Assembly (NCBI GenBank): GCA_033442325.1
Contig: JAWQFM010000024.1
Location: 347,436-411,435 of the forward strand
DNA: 64,000 nt
Reading direction: 5' to 3'
Source: Salpingoeca rosetta
Lineage: Eukaryota > Protista > Choanoflagellata
In this document: one piece after another, positions 35,426 through 58,654 of the stretch
How the letters are laid out: every line of letters begins with the position of its first letter
Position numbering within the stretch: position 1 is the first letter of the stretch
Program-made: the position numbers and the translations under genes
Notes under the pieces: model-generated
What the model was told of the DNA's origin: nothing
The model's input: only the letters and a program-made list of their open reading frames with translations
Databases searched by the model: none

Positions 35426-37366
35426 ATGGACCATGTCAGGCAGCCCGCGTCCACGGATGACTGGGACGCTGATGGTACGGAGACAGGCCCCGTCGACTAC
35501 GCCTATGACCCCACCGCCACGTGGGGCCAGGGCATGCAGACGTCCGCTGCTCAGCCTTCGTCGCAGTCGACGCCGTGGTCAGTCGACGCTCCGCCTGCGT
35601 ACTCCCAAGCGCAACCACCGCCGCAGCAGCAGCGGCAGCACCACCACCACCACCACCACCACCACCACCAACGGCAGCAACAGCACGCGGCCAGAGCGTC
35701 CTCAGCCTCGTACAGTCCCAGGGCCTTGATTCCAAACGCACCCCTCTTTTCCCGTCAAGACCTCCAGCGACATCATCATCAGCAGCAGCAGCAGAAGCTC
35801 TCCGTCCTGCACGAGCATCTCTCATTGTCTATCAAGGCAACCACGGTCAAGGCCACCAAGGCCACCATTCGAGTGCCGCTTGTCGCAGCGCGCATCATCA
35901 CCTACCACGAGTCCCTGCTCCAGAAGTTCCAGCTGCTCACCAACATCACGTACATCACGTGCTGCTCGAATCTGAACAGCGGCGACAACCTGGCGGAGCT
36001 CCTCGTCAGGGGCACCAAGGACAGCGTGCAGCATGCGCGCGACGCCCTGCAGCGCCTGGCAGACTCGGTCAAGCTCGAGGACTTGCCCGCCGCGCCGGCC
36101 CAGGTCGACGCGCGCTCCTCTGTGCCGCCGTCAGCCAGCGCCCCGAGCGGCCACAGTGCCCTGCAGAAGGAGGACCGGTATGGCCGCGCCGGCTCCGATT
36201 GGCGTGCCCGCCACCCCTCGCCTGAGGCAGACTACGCCGCGCCCCAGGGGGACCAGTCGCTCCGCGTCGGCCTCCGCACGAGCCCGCACATGGCTGGCCG
36301 GGTCGCGTCTGCCCCGCCCCACAGCCTTGCGTACGTGTTTGTGGACAACAGCAACGTCTTCATCGGGGCCCAGCTTGAAAGCAGCGTGCGCGACCTCGCC
36401 GTCCGCGTCAACATCCGCAGCCTGTGTGGGATTATCGAGGACAACATGCCCTGCGCCTTCCGCGCCGTCGCCGGCACAAACCCGCACTCGGGGCGCATCT
36501 GGCACGAGTGGGAGAACAACCACTACTGCACGCTGCTGGACCGCAGCGACGCTTCCATGCACAACGTCATTGCAGCCAAGATTGTCGAGGTGGCCAACTC
36601 GGGCGCCAACCCGCAAACGCTGGTGCTGGTCACGGGTGACGGCAACGAGGTGGAGGGCAACGAGTCCTTCCCGCGCCTGGCCGAACGCGCCATCCAGCAC
36701 GGCTGGCGCGTGCGCGTGTGGTCGTGGGAGCAGAGCCTCTCCGGCAAGTTCCGCGACCTCAAGGAGCGCTTCAGGGCAAACATCACCATCCACTTCCTGG
36801 ACCCCTTCAGGGAACGCATCATCTTCAAGGCCGGTCAAGGATCGCGCAGCGTGTCCTCTGGGCCGACTTCGACGTCCCCGGTCACGAGGGCCCCTGCTGG
36901 TGACGCCATGCCGCACCGTGGATCCGGTCATCGGCCTTCCTCTGAGCCTGTTGGTAGCCGTGACGTCGACGCAGATCCGTACATGTTGGCTGCGCAGTTC
37001 CACCAGCTCCGCTTCAACGGCTTCCCGCCACACGCCAACGCAGGCATGATGCAGGGCGCCCCGCCGCCGCGGCACCAACCGCAGCCGCAGCGATACCACC
37101 AGCCGCAGCCGCAGCGATACCACCAGCCGCAGCCGCAGCGATACCAGCAGTACCAGGCACCAGCTCAGTACCACCACCACCAGCAGCAGTACCAGTACCA
37201 GGCACCAGCTCAGTACCAGCAGCAGCAGCAACAGTACCAGCAGCAGCAGTACCAGCAGGAGTGCCAGACACCGGCTCAGCAGCAGCGTCCGGCCTCCCCC
37301 ACTGCAGAGGCCATTCAGACCCAGCTGTACTCGATCATGGATGGAGACGAGCAGCCCAAGCACTGA
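35426..37366 (+). CDS. Intronless KH-like + NYN (LabA/DUF88 PIN-fold) putative ribonuclease with Q/H- and Q/Y/P-rich tails, 646 aa
   Basis: Single uninterrupted GC3-rich ORF. NYN motifs AYVFVDNSNVFIGA, RAVAGT, DASMH, TLVLVTGDGN..SFPRLAERAIQHGWRVRVWSWEQSLSGKF, IHFLDPF. KH-fold-like segment ATIRVPLVAARII..LLQKFQLLTNITYI..AELLVRGTKDSVQHARDALQRL. Confidence 0.85.
   Translation: MDHVRQPASTDDWDADGTETGPVDYAYDPTATWGQGMQTSAAQPSSQSTPWSVDAPPAYSQAQPPPQQQRQHHHHHHHHHHQRQQQHAARASSASYSPRALIPNAPLFSRQDLQRHHHQQQQQKLSVLHEHLSLSIKATTVKATKATIRVPLVAARIITYHESLLQKFQLLTNITYITCCSNLNSGDNLAELLVRGTKDSVQHARDALQRLADSVKLEDLPAAPAQVDARSSVPPSASAPSGHSALQKEDRYGRAGSDWRARHPSPEADYAAPQGDQSLRVGLRTSPHMAGRVASAPPHSLAYVFVDNSNVFIGAQLESSVRDLAVRVNIRSLCGIIEDNMPCAFRAVAGTNPHSGRIWHEWENNHYCTLLDRSDASMHNVIAAKIVEVANSGANPQTLVLVTGDGNEVEGNESFPRLAERAIQHGWRVRVWSWEQSLSGKFRDLKERFRANITIHFLDPFRERIIFKAGQGSRSVSSGPTSTSPVTRAPAGDAMPHRGSGHRPSSEPVGSRDVDADPYMLAAQFHQLRFNGFPPHANAGMMQGAPPPRHQPQPQRYHQPQPQRYHQPQPQRYQQYQAPAQYHHHQQQYQYQAPAQYQQQQQQYQQQQYQQECQTPAQQQRPASPTAEAIQTQLYSIMDGDEQPKH
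37073..37146 (+). repeat. Coding 24-nt tandem repeat (HQPQPQRY x3)
   Basis: caccarccgcagccgcagcgatac repeated three times in the NYN gene tail. Confidence 0.9.
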
Positions 37367-38753
37367 CCGCAAAGGTTTGGTTGGTAAGCGGTGACCTCGT
37401 TTTGCACTCGACTGGTACTCTGCTTGCTGCCTTTGTTTTGGTGTTGCTGCTCCTCTCTTTCTCTCGCGTGCACTGTGTTGTCTGTTTGTCATGGGTGATG
37501 ATGACATGGATCTCTGCATGTCAGTCTCAGTCTGCAATCCTGTCCTACTCACTCCTTCCACTTCCTACCTGCTACTTCATGGTGCAGGTCTCACCACACT
37601 CTCACACCTTTTCCACCACACGCACAGATCATTCACACACATACTCGTACTCCCTTAACTGTACTCACTCGACTTGACAGCCAACTCTCTTGCTGTACTT
37701 CTTCATCCAATACCACTTGCTACCAGAACTACAGGTGTTCTCCTCCACTTGATCACAGGATTGCAGGCGCCCGTGCAACCTCCGACCAAACGCACGCGCT
37801 TTCTCCTCCCTTCTTTGCTCCTTTCCTTTCTCTCTTCCCCTCCTCTCCCTCCTTTCACGCCATTCTCTCCTTTTCTTTCTCCCCCCCTTCCTCCACTTCT
37901 CCCAGCTCCCCTCCTCTTCCATCCTCCCGTCTTTCCTTTCCTTTCTCCATTTCCCTTCCCTCGTCCCGTTGGGCTTCCCGCTTCGTTCGGGTTTTCAGTG
38001 CAGTGCGACATGAAATGACCTTGTCATGATGCACGCCTGCACGCTTCCAAACTCCACTCCACTCCTCCCATTTACGTTCGTGTTGCGTCCTTGTTGTGTG
38101 TTCTGTCGTCATGTGCTTGTAAGTGTGAGCTACTTTGCCGTTAAGAGTGTCCACATTGCTTAATCATTCGTATGAGCATTTTGGGCGCTGACCGCCTAAT
38201 CGATGCCTTCGCTTCCGCTTTGATCGGCCCGAAGTGATTGATTTGGAGTAAATCGCTAAGTAGCCATCTTTTTGCAAGTTGTGTATGGTAGGAGAGATGG
38301 AGGGACTGAGGGGTGGGTGGAAGGAGATGGACAGTAGGACAGTAGGCTAGTAGGGACAGTGGAGGTGGAGGGGGGGGGGGACGGATTTCGCGAGCTACAT
38401 CACCAGAACACACACACACACTATGGAAGACACTGACAGACACGCACGCACAGACACACACACAGACACAGACACACAGACACGCACGCACAGACACACA
38501 GACACAGGCACAGACACACAGACACAGACACACAGACACAGACACACAGACACAGACACACAGACACATGAGCACAGACACATGAAGACATGAGCACATG
38601 TGCACGTGTGGACCTGGACAGTCAACAACTCAAACACACACAGTGGAACGAATGACGTCAGCGAACACAACAGAAATTTCAATGATATCATTGTTCAACG
38701 GTCGCGAGGTTCAGCCAATGAACATGCACCGACGCATCGCATCATCACCAACC

Positions 38754-39355
38754 ATGGTTCAGGCAATCATCAGGCGTGTGCCCCTCGCAGTGGTGCTGGT
38801 GGTACTGGTGCTCTTGCAGACCGCTTTCTTGCTGGTTTGCCGCGGTCAAGAAGTGAGCAGAAACACGTTCGAGATCATCGAGTACGACACGCCATATCCA
38901 CATCCATCACAACTATGGCAAGCGACGTTGCTGCGACACCCCACGCCAGAAGACAGCGACATCCCCGACGCCGAGATTGGCACCATGATGCGCGTTCGCA
39001 CAGCCCCGCATGGAAAGCGCACGGAGGAAGTGGTGGTGCTGTTTGGCGGCGAAACCTTGGGTCTCTCCTCCGGCAATGTCACCCTGAACACCGACACCTG
39101 GCTTTACCGCACCTATCAACCACAGGTGTGACCAACGAGATCATCCGGTTGTGCGCGGGTTTCAGACCGGGAAGTGGATTTGTCTGCGACATGTGCTCTA
39201 TGGCTCATAATCGCTTGTGAAGTGATGTGACATGACACGTTTCTTACACACACACACACACATACACGCACACGCACTCACATACGCACACGCACACGCA
39301 CTTACATACGCACACACCCACGCACACACCCACGCACACACACACACATACACAT

Positions 39356-39410
<55 letters not shown>

Positions 39411-39440
39411 TACGCACGCACGCACACATACACACGCACG

Positions 39441-39485
<45 letters not shown>

Positions 39486-39960
39486 GACGTTGTAGTACTG
39501 GCTGCGATGCAATCCCGAGGTGGTGCCACAGCCTCGCCTCGGACACAACATGTTCAGGCTGCCTGCCAGCGACATTGAGGACGCTGCATACCTTTTTGGT
39601 GGCACAGACCGCCATGAGTACTTTAACGACATCTGGACACTGCGGCTGTCGGGGATGACTTGCACGTGGACACAGCTCCACCCCAGCAACCAAGGACCAT
39701 CACCCCGCACCTTTGCAGCATCAACGCACGTCAAAGTCGGCAACCACTATCTCATGCTGATTTGGGGTACGTTGTTTCATATGGCACCATATGGCACATG
39801 CGCGCTCGCTGCTGCTTTTCTGTTGCCTTTGCCTTTGTGGTGCTCTCTCCATTCCCTCATCCAACGTCACACACATGCGCGCGCACACGCACACATGCGC
39901 ACACGCACACATGCGCACACGCACACATGCGCACACGCACATAACCACACAAACACACAA

Positions 39961-39992
<32 letters not shown>

Positions 39993-42900
39993 CCACGTGC
40001 GCACACACAACTGCACACACAACCACGCATACCCTCACGAACCTATCCACACACACATCCACACACACACACACCTGTTCGCGCGCTCATGTGTGTGTGT
40101 GCGTGTTGCCACCTGACTGCTTGGCAGGCGGGTGTGTGTTGCTTGAGCCTGATAGCACCAATCGCTGCAAGACGGGGGTCGCCGATAGCGACACCATCCA
40201 CATGCTCAACATGACCTCGCTGCAATGGGACCGCATTACGCTGGCGCATCACACCATTGTCAGCCCGCGCACGCTGTCTGTGCTGGCGCGCTTTGAAGAC
40301 CACCCGGAGACGGTGTACCTGTTTGGTGGGACCACCATTGGCCGCAGCGAGGCAAACTGCGACCTGTACCGCATCGACATCGACTACACCGCGCGCGCGG
40401 GGGATGTGCAGCGTGTGTGGAGCAACGACATGTGTGCAAACGAGTACAAGTGGTTGCAGTTTGAGGCGCGGTTTGCGGTCATTTCCGTGGAGGATTCGTT
40501 CTTCTTCCTCGGCGCAGCCACCACGGAGCTTGCGCACGGCACGCTTGCCTCGCTCGCGTTCCGCCCGCGCGACAATTTCACGACGACGGTGGCCAGCGAT
40601 GTCATGGCCGAGCGGTTCTGGCCAGTCTCCTTTGGGCACCTCGACGTGGCACCGGGGTCTTTTGCCTTTGCCAGCCCGAGCGAGCGCGGGTTTGGGTTTG
40701 CAGTCGGCCTGATGCAAGACCAGTTCTCCGGCACGGGCGCCATTCTGTGGCAGTACAGCCCCTTTTGGCGAAACGACAAGCCGTATCTGCAGTGGCACCC
40801 GGAGCTCGTGTTCAAGCGGCCCTTCCCGCGCAGGGGGCACACGGCAAGCACGCCCTCCGTGGGCACAGGCATGTTCACGTTTGGCGGCATTCTTGGCCGT
40901 GTCACCTCGTACCTGTGGACACTGGGCCCACTCGAAGGGGGTGTGGCGGAGTGGCGGTACGTGTGGACCCCCAAGAACATTCCCCCGCGCTACGGCCACG
41001 CCATGCTGCCGCTGGGAGACGGCCACCGCCTGGTGCTGGGCGGCTGGGACGCAGCCCTCAACTGCCACGCCGACGCGTGGCTGCTGTGGGTGGACATGTC
41101 CAGGGAGACGCACGCGTTCAACGCCACGCGCGTGGGGATCTCAACACCGGGGAACCAACCGGCGTGGGCCGGCGCTGGCGGCATGGCGTACTCGTGCCCC
41201 ATCGCCACCCCCGAGCACACGCGGTGCTTCCTGTTTGGCGGCGCCTGTCGTGACAGCACCAGCAACAACCTTTACCAGCTTGATTACCGGCCCAACCCAA
41301 AGCCGTCATCACCGACACCAGCACCGTCGTCATCGTCTGCAGGGGCAGTGGCCATGCCAGAATTGCTGCTGACAATGGTGGACGGAGGCGGTGAGGTGCC
41401 AACGAGCAGGGCAGGGGACAACAGCACGAGTACTGGTGGCGGTGATGGTGATACTGCAGCAGGTGGTATCGTCAGTGGAGGTGGAGATGTTGGTGGTGGT
41501 GATGGCGATGATGGTGACACACATCGCCCGCTGCCACGACAGGATGCGTTTCTGTTCAGTGGGGACGGCGAGATAGTGACGCTGTTTGGCGGGCTGGCAG
41601 TCCAGCTTGCCCCAGGCCAGCGCACCCTTGGCGATGTGTGGGAGTACAGCGTAGCGGAGGGCAAGTGGAGCCAGCTGTATGCAGGCTACCCAAACACCAA
41701 CATAAGCAGCACCAGTAGCAGCACCAGTGGCAGCAACAGCAGTGGCGACAGTGGGGACAGCGCACAGAGAGCAGCAAGTGCAGGCACAGATGCACAGCCA
41801 TCCAAAGCTGGCCACCATGGTGGCAAAGAAGCAGGGCAAACACGGCAAGCATCGCCCACACACGCACGTGTGCTGACCCGCGTGCCACCAGCGCGGTACC
41901 GCGGGTGCTCGCTGCGCGCTTCTGACTCGAAGTGGCTCATCTTTGGCGGACGCAACAACACCCCATATGGGGACCTGTGGGAGTACGATGCAGTACAACA
42001 CGCTTTCACGGAGCTCAAGCTGCATGCTGGCGACAACGCGCTGAAGGACTACCACGTGCTTCGCTGGGGTGCGGCGTGCGTGATGCACGATGACTTGCTG
42101 CTGGCGCATGGCGGGCTGGGGGTGTTTGACCTGTTTGAATCCACGCTGCGGCTGCGTCCTGCATGCAACGACCTGCAAGGGCTGCCAGCGGGCACCACCT
42201 TCCTCAATGGCACGTGCCACGTGTGTCCCATTGGCACTTACTTTGACCACGACGAGCCCACGTGCCAGCGCTGCCCTGAGGGCACGACGACGGAGGAGGC
42301 AGGCAGCAAGACCTGCGACGTTTGTGTGCCCGGCTACTGCCGCTTTGGCCACACGTGCGTGATTGAGAACAGGGCGCCCAAGTGCCACTGCCGCGCCGGG
42401 TACTCTGGCGAGCGGTGTCAGCTCATCATCCCACTGTATGTCTCGCTTGGCCTGTTCTTTGGGCTGGGCACGGTTGCGCTGGTGGTGTGGCTGGCGCGGC
42501 GACAGCGGCGGGCGCGGCACACGGCGGAGCTGAAAGAGAAGCTTCTGTCGCACGCCACAGACCAGCTGCGGGAGAAGGACATGGAGCTACAGGAGCTTGC
42601 GCGCGTGTTTGTGATTGACCCGACGGAGCTTGTGCTGATGGAGGCGTTGGACAAGGACTGCCCTGGGGCGACGGGCGATGTGTGGAAGGGGCAGTACAAG
42701 AACCAGGTGGTGGCGGTGAAGCGGCTCAAGGCCGCGCTGGTGGAGATGGACGAAAGCATGATCGACATGTTTGAGCGTGAGGTGCGCGTGATGCGGGGCC
42801 TGCGCCACAAGAACATTGTGCTGTTCTACGGTGCGGGCATGTTCGAGCAGCAGCCGTTCCTGGTCATGGAATACTGCCCACGCGGCTCCCTGCACAGCGT

Positions 42901-43861
42901 ACTTGCAGCAGCAGCAGCAGCAGCAGCAGCAGTTGGGGAAGGAGGAGGGGCAGGACGAGGTATCGATGGGCGCACGGGCAGCCTTGATCGTGGGTGGAAT
43001 GTCATTGCCAGTGCGAGTGGAGACGGCCATGTGCATGGCGGTGATAACAGCAGCAACGACAGCAGCGGCAACGGTGGTAACGGCAGCAGCAGCCAGGACA
43101 GGCTGTCGTGGCGTCAGCGGTATCAGTTTTTGATTGACACGGCAGAGGGGATGGCTTATCTGCACTCGCTGCGGCCGCCTCGCATCCACCGCGATCTCAA
43201 GAGCATGAACGTGCTGGTGGCGGAGGACTGGACGTGCCTCATTGCGGACTTTGGAACCGCAACGCTCCTGCGCCGCATGCAGCAGGCTGCAACCAGCACC
43301 GCCACCGCGGTGGGCGGTGCTGGTGGCGTGTATGGCGGTGGCGAGCAACACATTCCTCACAGCAACAACAATAGTAACAGCAACAGCAGCAGTTGGGGCG
43401 GGGTGACGATGGCAAATGAAGAGAAGCAGCGCAGTAGCAGTGTTGTTTCGACGGAATTTGCTGCGTTGCAGACAACAGGCACGGGTACGCTGCAGTGGAG
43501 CGCACCAGAGCTGTTGCTTGGCCAGCCATACACATCTGCCGTGGACGTGTATTCGTTTGGCATTCTCGGGTCGGAGGTGGTCACGTTGCGGTTACCGTTT
43601 GTGCACTTGAGACACTCGTGGGACATTCGCAAGGCCGTGCTCAGTGGCCAGCGACCAGACCTGGGCGACAGCGGTAGTGATGGCGGTGATGGCGGTGATG
43701 GCGGCGGCAGTGTTAGTGGTGGTGCCGGTCGTGACGGCAGTGCGTGTCCTGGCGCGTTGGCTCAGCTGCTGCGGGAGTGTTGGAGCGAGGATCCAAAAGC
43801 ACGCCCCTCGTTCACTGCCATCATCGATCGGCTCAAGGCTGCACAGGCTCGGCTTCGATGA
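38754..43861 (+). CDS. Single-pass receptor kinase: signal peptide, kelch repeats, Cys-rich (ephrin-receptor-like/GCC2-GCC3) repeat, EGF, TM, TKL-type kinase (exons ~38754-39125, 39496-39766, 40128-43861)
   Basis: [25 protein letters not shown]. Many kelch units (VLFGG, PQPRLGH..YLFGG..FNDIW, PRRGH..FTFGG, PPRYGH..VLGG, LIFGG..GDLWEYD). [20 protein letters not shown]; [16 protein letters not shown]; [23 protein letters not shown] followed by RRQRR. Kinase: [46 protein letters not shown]. Confidence 0.92.
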
Positions 43862-43931
43862 CCATGGTGTAGTGACTGTGATGGTAGAGATGATGGTGGG
43901 TGAGGGCGTGTATGTTGTGCAAAACTGACTT

Positions 43932-43984
<53 letters not shown>

Positions 43985-44508
43985 ACGTGCGTGCCTGTTG
44001 TTTGATGACGTAAGATGGCGAGTGTACTCTTGGTGAAAATGTAATCAATGGTACAACGACGTGCGAGGGGTACGGAGAGGGCAAGGCAGCAACAGTGCAG
44101 TAGAACACACAAACAAAACAAACAAAGCAGAGTGGATACAGCATACACAGATGATTGGAGCGCAAGACGTAACAGCACGCACACGGCACATACACGTGTA
44201 CAACAGCTCCACCCACGACACATACACGTGCACACGTGCACACATGCACGCAACTTCCACACACATTGGTAGAGACGTGGCCTGGATAAATGCACAAAGC
44301 AAGGTACAACCCACATGCACACAACGCAGCAGAAGCACACAAGCAGCTCAGACACATACACAGAGCGCCCAGACAGCTTGTGAACAGGGTGTATGATGGT
44401 GATATCAACAACAGTCGACATAGCTGGCTTGCAATGAGCCTGTGCCTGCGCACAGGTCTGCCTGGTTGCTTGCGGTGCCTGGCTGCCCGGCTGCCTGCCT
44501 GTGCTGCT

Positions 44509-45486
44509 CTAGTTGGTGCCCTTGGCGGTCTTGGAGGCGGCGCCGCTGATGGACGCGTCGTTGGCAAGCACAATGTCGCCCAGGCGATCCGGCAGAAGCC
44601 AGTTGATCAGGGCGGCAATCTTGGCGGGGATGCCGTACGTGTTGGCGACGATGTAGCGCGTCTCCGGGGTGCGGCTCGTGAGCGCGTGTGTGATGGCCTT
44701 GGTGGTGACCTCGGGCCCATCGGCAAGCGCCTCGCCCTTGAGACGCTTCTCCTCAAAGTCGGCGAAGAACCACGCGTACGTGTCCTGCATCTCCCGCGAG
44801 ACCCAGCGCGTGGCGGCGGCCTCGCCCGTGGACTTGGAGGCAATGGCGGTTGAGACGTATGCCGGCTCAACAATGGACACGCTGACGCCAAAGGGGGCCA
44901 TCTCGCGGCGGAGGGCGTCGTTCAGGCCCTCCAGGCCAAACTTGGTGGCGCTGTAGCTGGCTGAGCCCGGCATGGCAATGAAACCGGCCAGGGAGCCGAC
45001 GTTGACGATGCGACCTTTGTTCTCGCGGATCATGGGCAGGAACGCCTGGGTCACGGAGACGACGCCAAAGACATTCACCTCGAACATGGAGCGGATGCGG
45101 TCGAGATCGTGGGCCTCCAAGGGGACGCGCGCGGAGATGCCGGCGTTGTTGACGAGGCCGATGAGCTTGTGGCCGCCCTTCTTGATGGTGTCGACGGCGC
45201 TGGCGATCTGATCGGGCTTCGTCACGTCCATGACGATGGGGATCAGCGTGTTGACGCCCTCTTTCTTCAGGCTGTCGACGTCGGCCTGCTTGCGGACGGT
45301 GGCGTACACGGTGTACCCTTTCTTGGCCAGCTCCACAGCCGCATGGCGCCCAATGCCCGTGGATGTGCCAGTGATCAAGATGGCCCCGCTGTCATGCACG
45401 GGGAAGTACTTGACAGGAAACACAAACAGCAGGTACAGCAGCACCGCAAGGATGCCCATCAGCACTCCAGGCTTGCACAACGACAT
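44509..45486 (-). CDS. Classical short-chain dehydrogenase/reductase (17beta-HSD/retinol dehydrogenase-like), N-terminal membrane anchor, intronless
   Basis: ILITGTSTGIG (TGxxxGxG), LVNNAG, VNVFG, catalytic S and YSATK, VSIVEP; hydrophobic N-terminus. Confidence 0.95.
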   Translation of the reverse strand: MSLCKPGVLMGILAVLLYLLFVFPVKYFPVHDSGAILITGTSTGIGRHAAVELAKKGYTVYATVRKQADVDSLKKEGVNTLIPIVMDVTKPDQIASAVDTIKKGGHKLIGLVNNAGISARVPLEAHDLDRIRSMFEVNVFGVVSVTQAFLPMIRENKGRIVNVGSLAGFIAMPGSASYSATKFGLEGLNDALRREMAPFGVSVSIVEPAYVSTAIASKSTGEAAATRWVSREMQDTYAWFFADFEEKRLKGEALADGPEVTTKAITHALTSRTPETRYIVANTYGIPAKIAALINWLLPDRLGDIVLANDASISGAASKTAKGTN

Positions 45487-45914
45487 GATGATGGGGGTGT
45501 TTGTGATGTGTGTGTGTGGGAGGGGGGGATGGGGAGCGGGGGTTAGCGGTTAGCTGTGGCGGTCAGCGGTGGCGGTCAGCAGTGTCGTGGCGTTCAGTCG
45601 ATCGACAAGACAATTGGCTGGTTGTGGAAAAGTATAAAAGATATTGCGAATATTCACACCCGGACTTGCGCCGCAAACGTGAGAGGAAAGAAGGAAAGGA
45701 AGGAAGGGAAAACGCTCACCTGCACGCTCATTCACCAACACACGCACACTCACAGCAGCGACGACGTGCGTTCATTCACTCTCACACTCACACACACACA
45801 CATCATCATCATCATCACCACACCGGCCAACCAACCATCCACGGTCTTTGCTCTTCCTCATTTCTCGCATAGGATCACAGCACCGCGCCACGTTTTCGCT
45901 GCTGCGTGGCAACA

Positions 45915-57454
<11,540 letters not shown>

Positions 57455-58041
57455 AGATGTGGTGTCATGGTGCGAATGAGGTGCTCGGGAGCGAAGTTGA
57501 GGATAGCGTAGTAATTGGCGCGTACTGGCTACTAGTAGTTTGGCAATATGAACTTTGTATTTGTGTGGGTATGCGTATCACAATGGAGCGGAGAAGAGGG
57601 TGGACGGTGTTGAGTTGTTGCAAGCAGTCAGGACACGCACGTGTCAACACCGATTAAATTGGGCGTAGCAATCGGAAACCACCCCCCCCCCCAACGAAGC
57701 GGGTGGTGGTCGTTACTGGTGATGTTGTTCAGCGACGGTGCCTGTGTATGTATTGTTTTGTTTTGTTTACGATGCTGCACTGAAACGATGGCAAACGAAT
57801 AACAACGGAGGGCAAACGATGAGCAAGCAGGTGCTTTTGCAGATTGTGCATGTCAACAAAGATGATGAGCAGGCCTCAGTACAACAGCGGCTCGTTGCAA
57901 TGTAACAATGTGACACCATGATGGTTCCTCTTCGACAATACATAACGCAATGACAGCGGCAGTGTGATGGCCAATGACACGAAAGTGGCAGGATTGTGTG
58001 CATTTATTTGTTTCGTTCAGTGCTGCCGCTGACTGACACCC

Positions 58042-58223
58042 TCAGTTGTGTCTTTGATGGTACGCTGTCCACACAATAGTCCAGAACAGGAAGGAGAGGA
58101 GGGATCCCATGATGAGCATTTCAACGCCGTTGTGTCGCGGGTGGTGCTTCTTCGGGGTTGGATTGCTGTCGTCTTTGACGGCTGCCCACGCATCCTCAAA
58201 CGAACCCGCTATGTGTTTGAGTG

Positions 58224-58267
<44 letters not shown>

Positions 58268-58614
58268 GGTGAAGTGTATGTGTGTGTGTGTGTGTGTGCG
58301 TGTGGGTGGGTGAATGTGGATGTGTGTGTGTGTGTGAAGTGTATGTGTGTGTGAAGTGTATGTGTGTGTGTGTGTGCGTGTGTGTGTGTGTGTGGGTGAA
58401 GGTGTGGGGGTGAAGGTGTGTGTGAAGGTGGGTGAAGGTGTGGGTGAAGGTGTATGTGTGTGTGCAGTTATAAACACGTAAGTTACAGCGGATAACGAAC
58501 ATGTTATCGTTAACCAATCAACATGCAGAGTCGTTGCACCATCACGCACACAATAAGCTTCCCAGACACATGGATACGCAAGACAGCACAGCACAGCATA
58601 GCACAGCATAGCAC

Positions 58615-58654
<40 letters not shown>

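Noticed and set aside
36131-37561. 476-aa antisense ORF over the NYN gene (and similar antisense ORFs over the LRR, kinase and tuberin-like exons)
   Set aside because: Shadow ORFs caused by high GC3 codon bias; no recognisable motifs.
38130-38300. Possible snRNA or snoRNA
   Set aside because: No match to the U1-U6/U3 conserved motifs I could recall and no convincing C/D box pair.
45901-45913. GCTGCGTGGCAAC resembling an RFX X-box upstream of the tuberin-like ATG
   Set aside because: Only one good half-site; expected by chance at this GC content.
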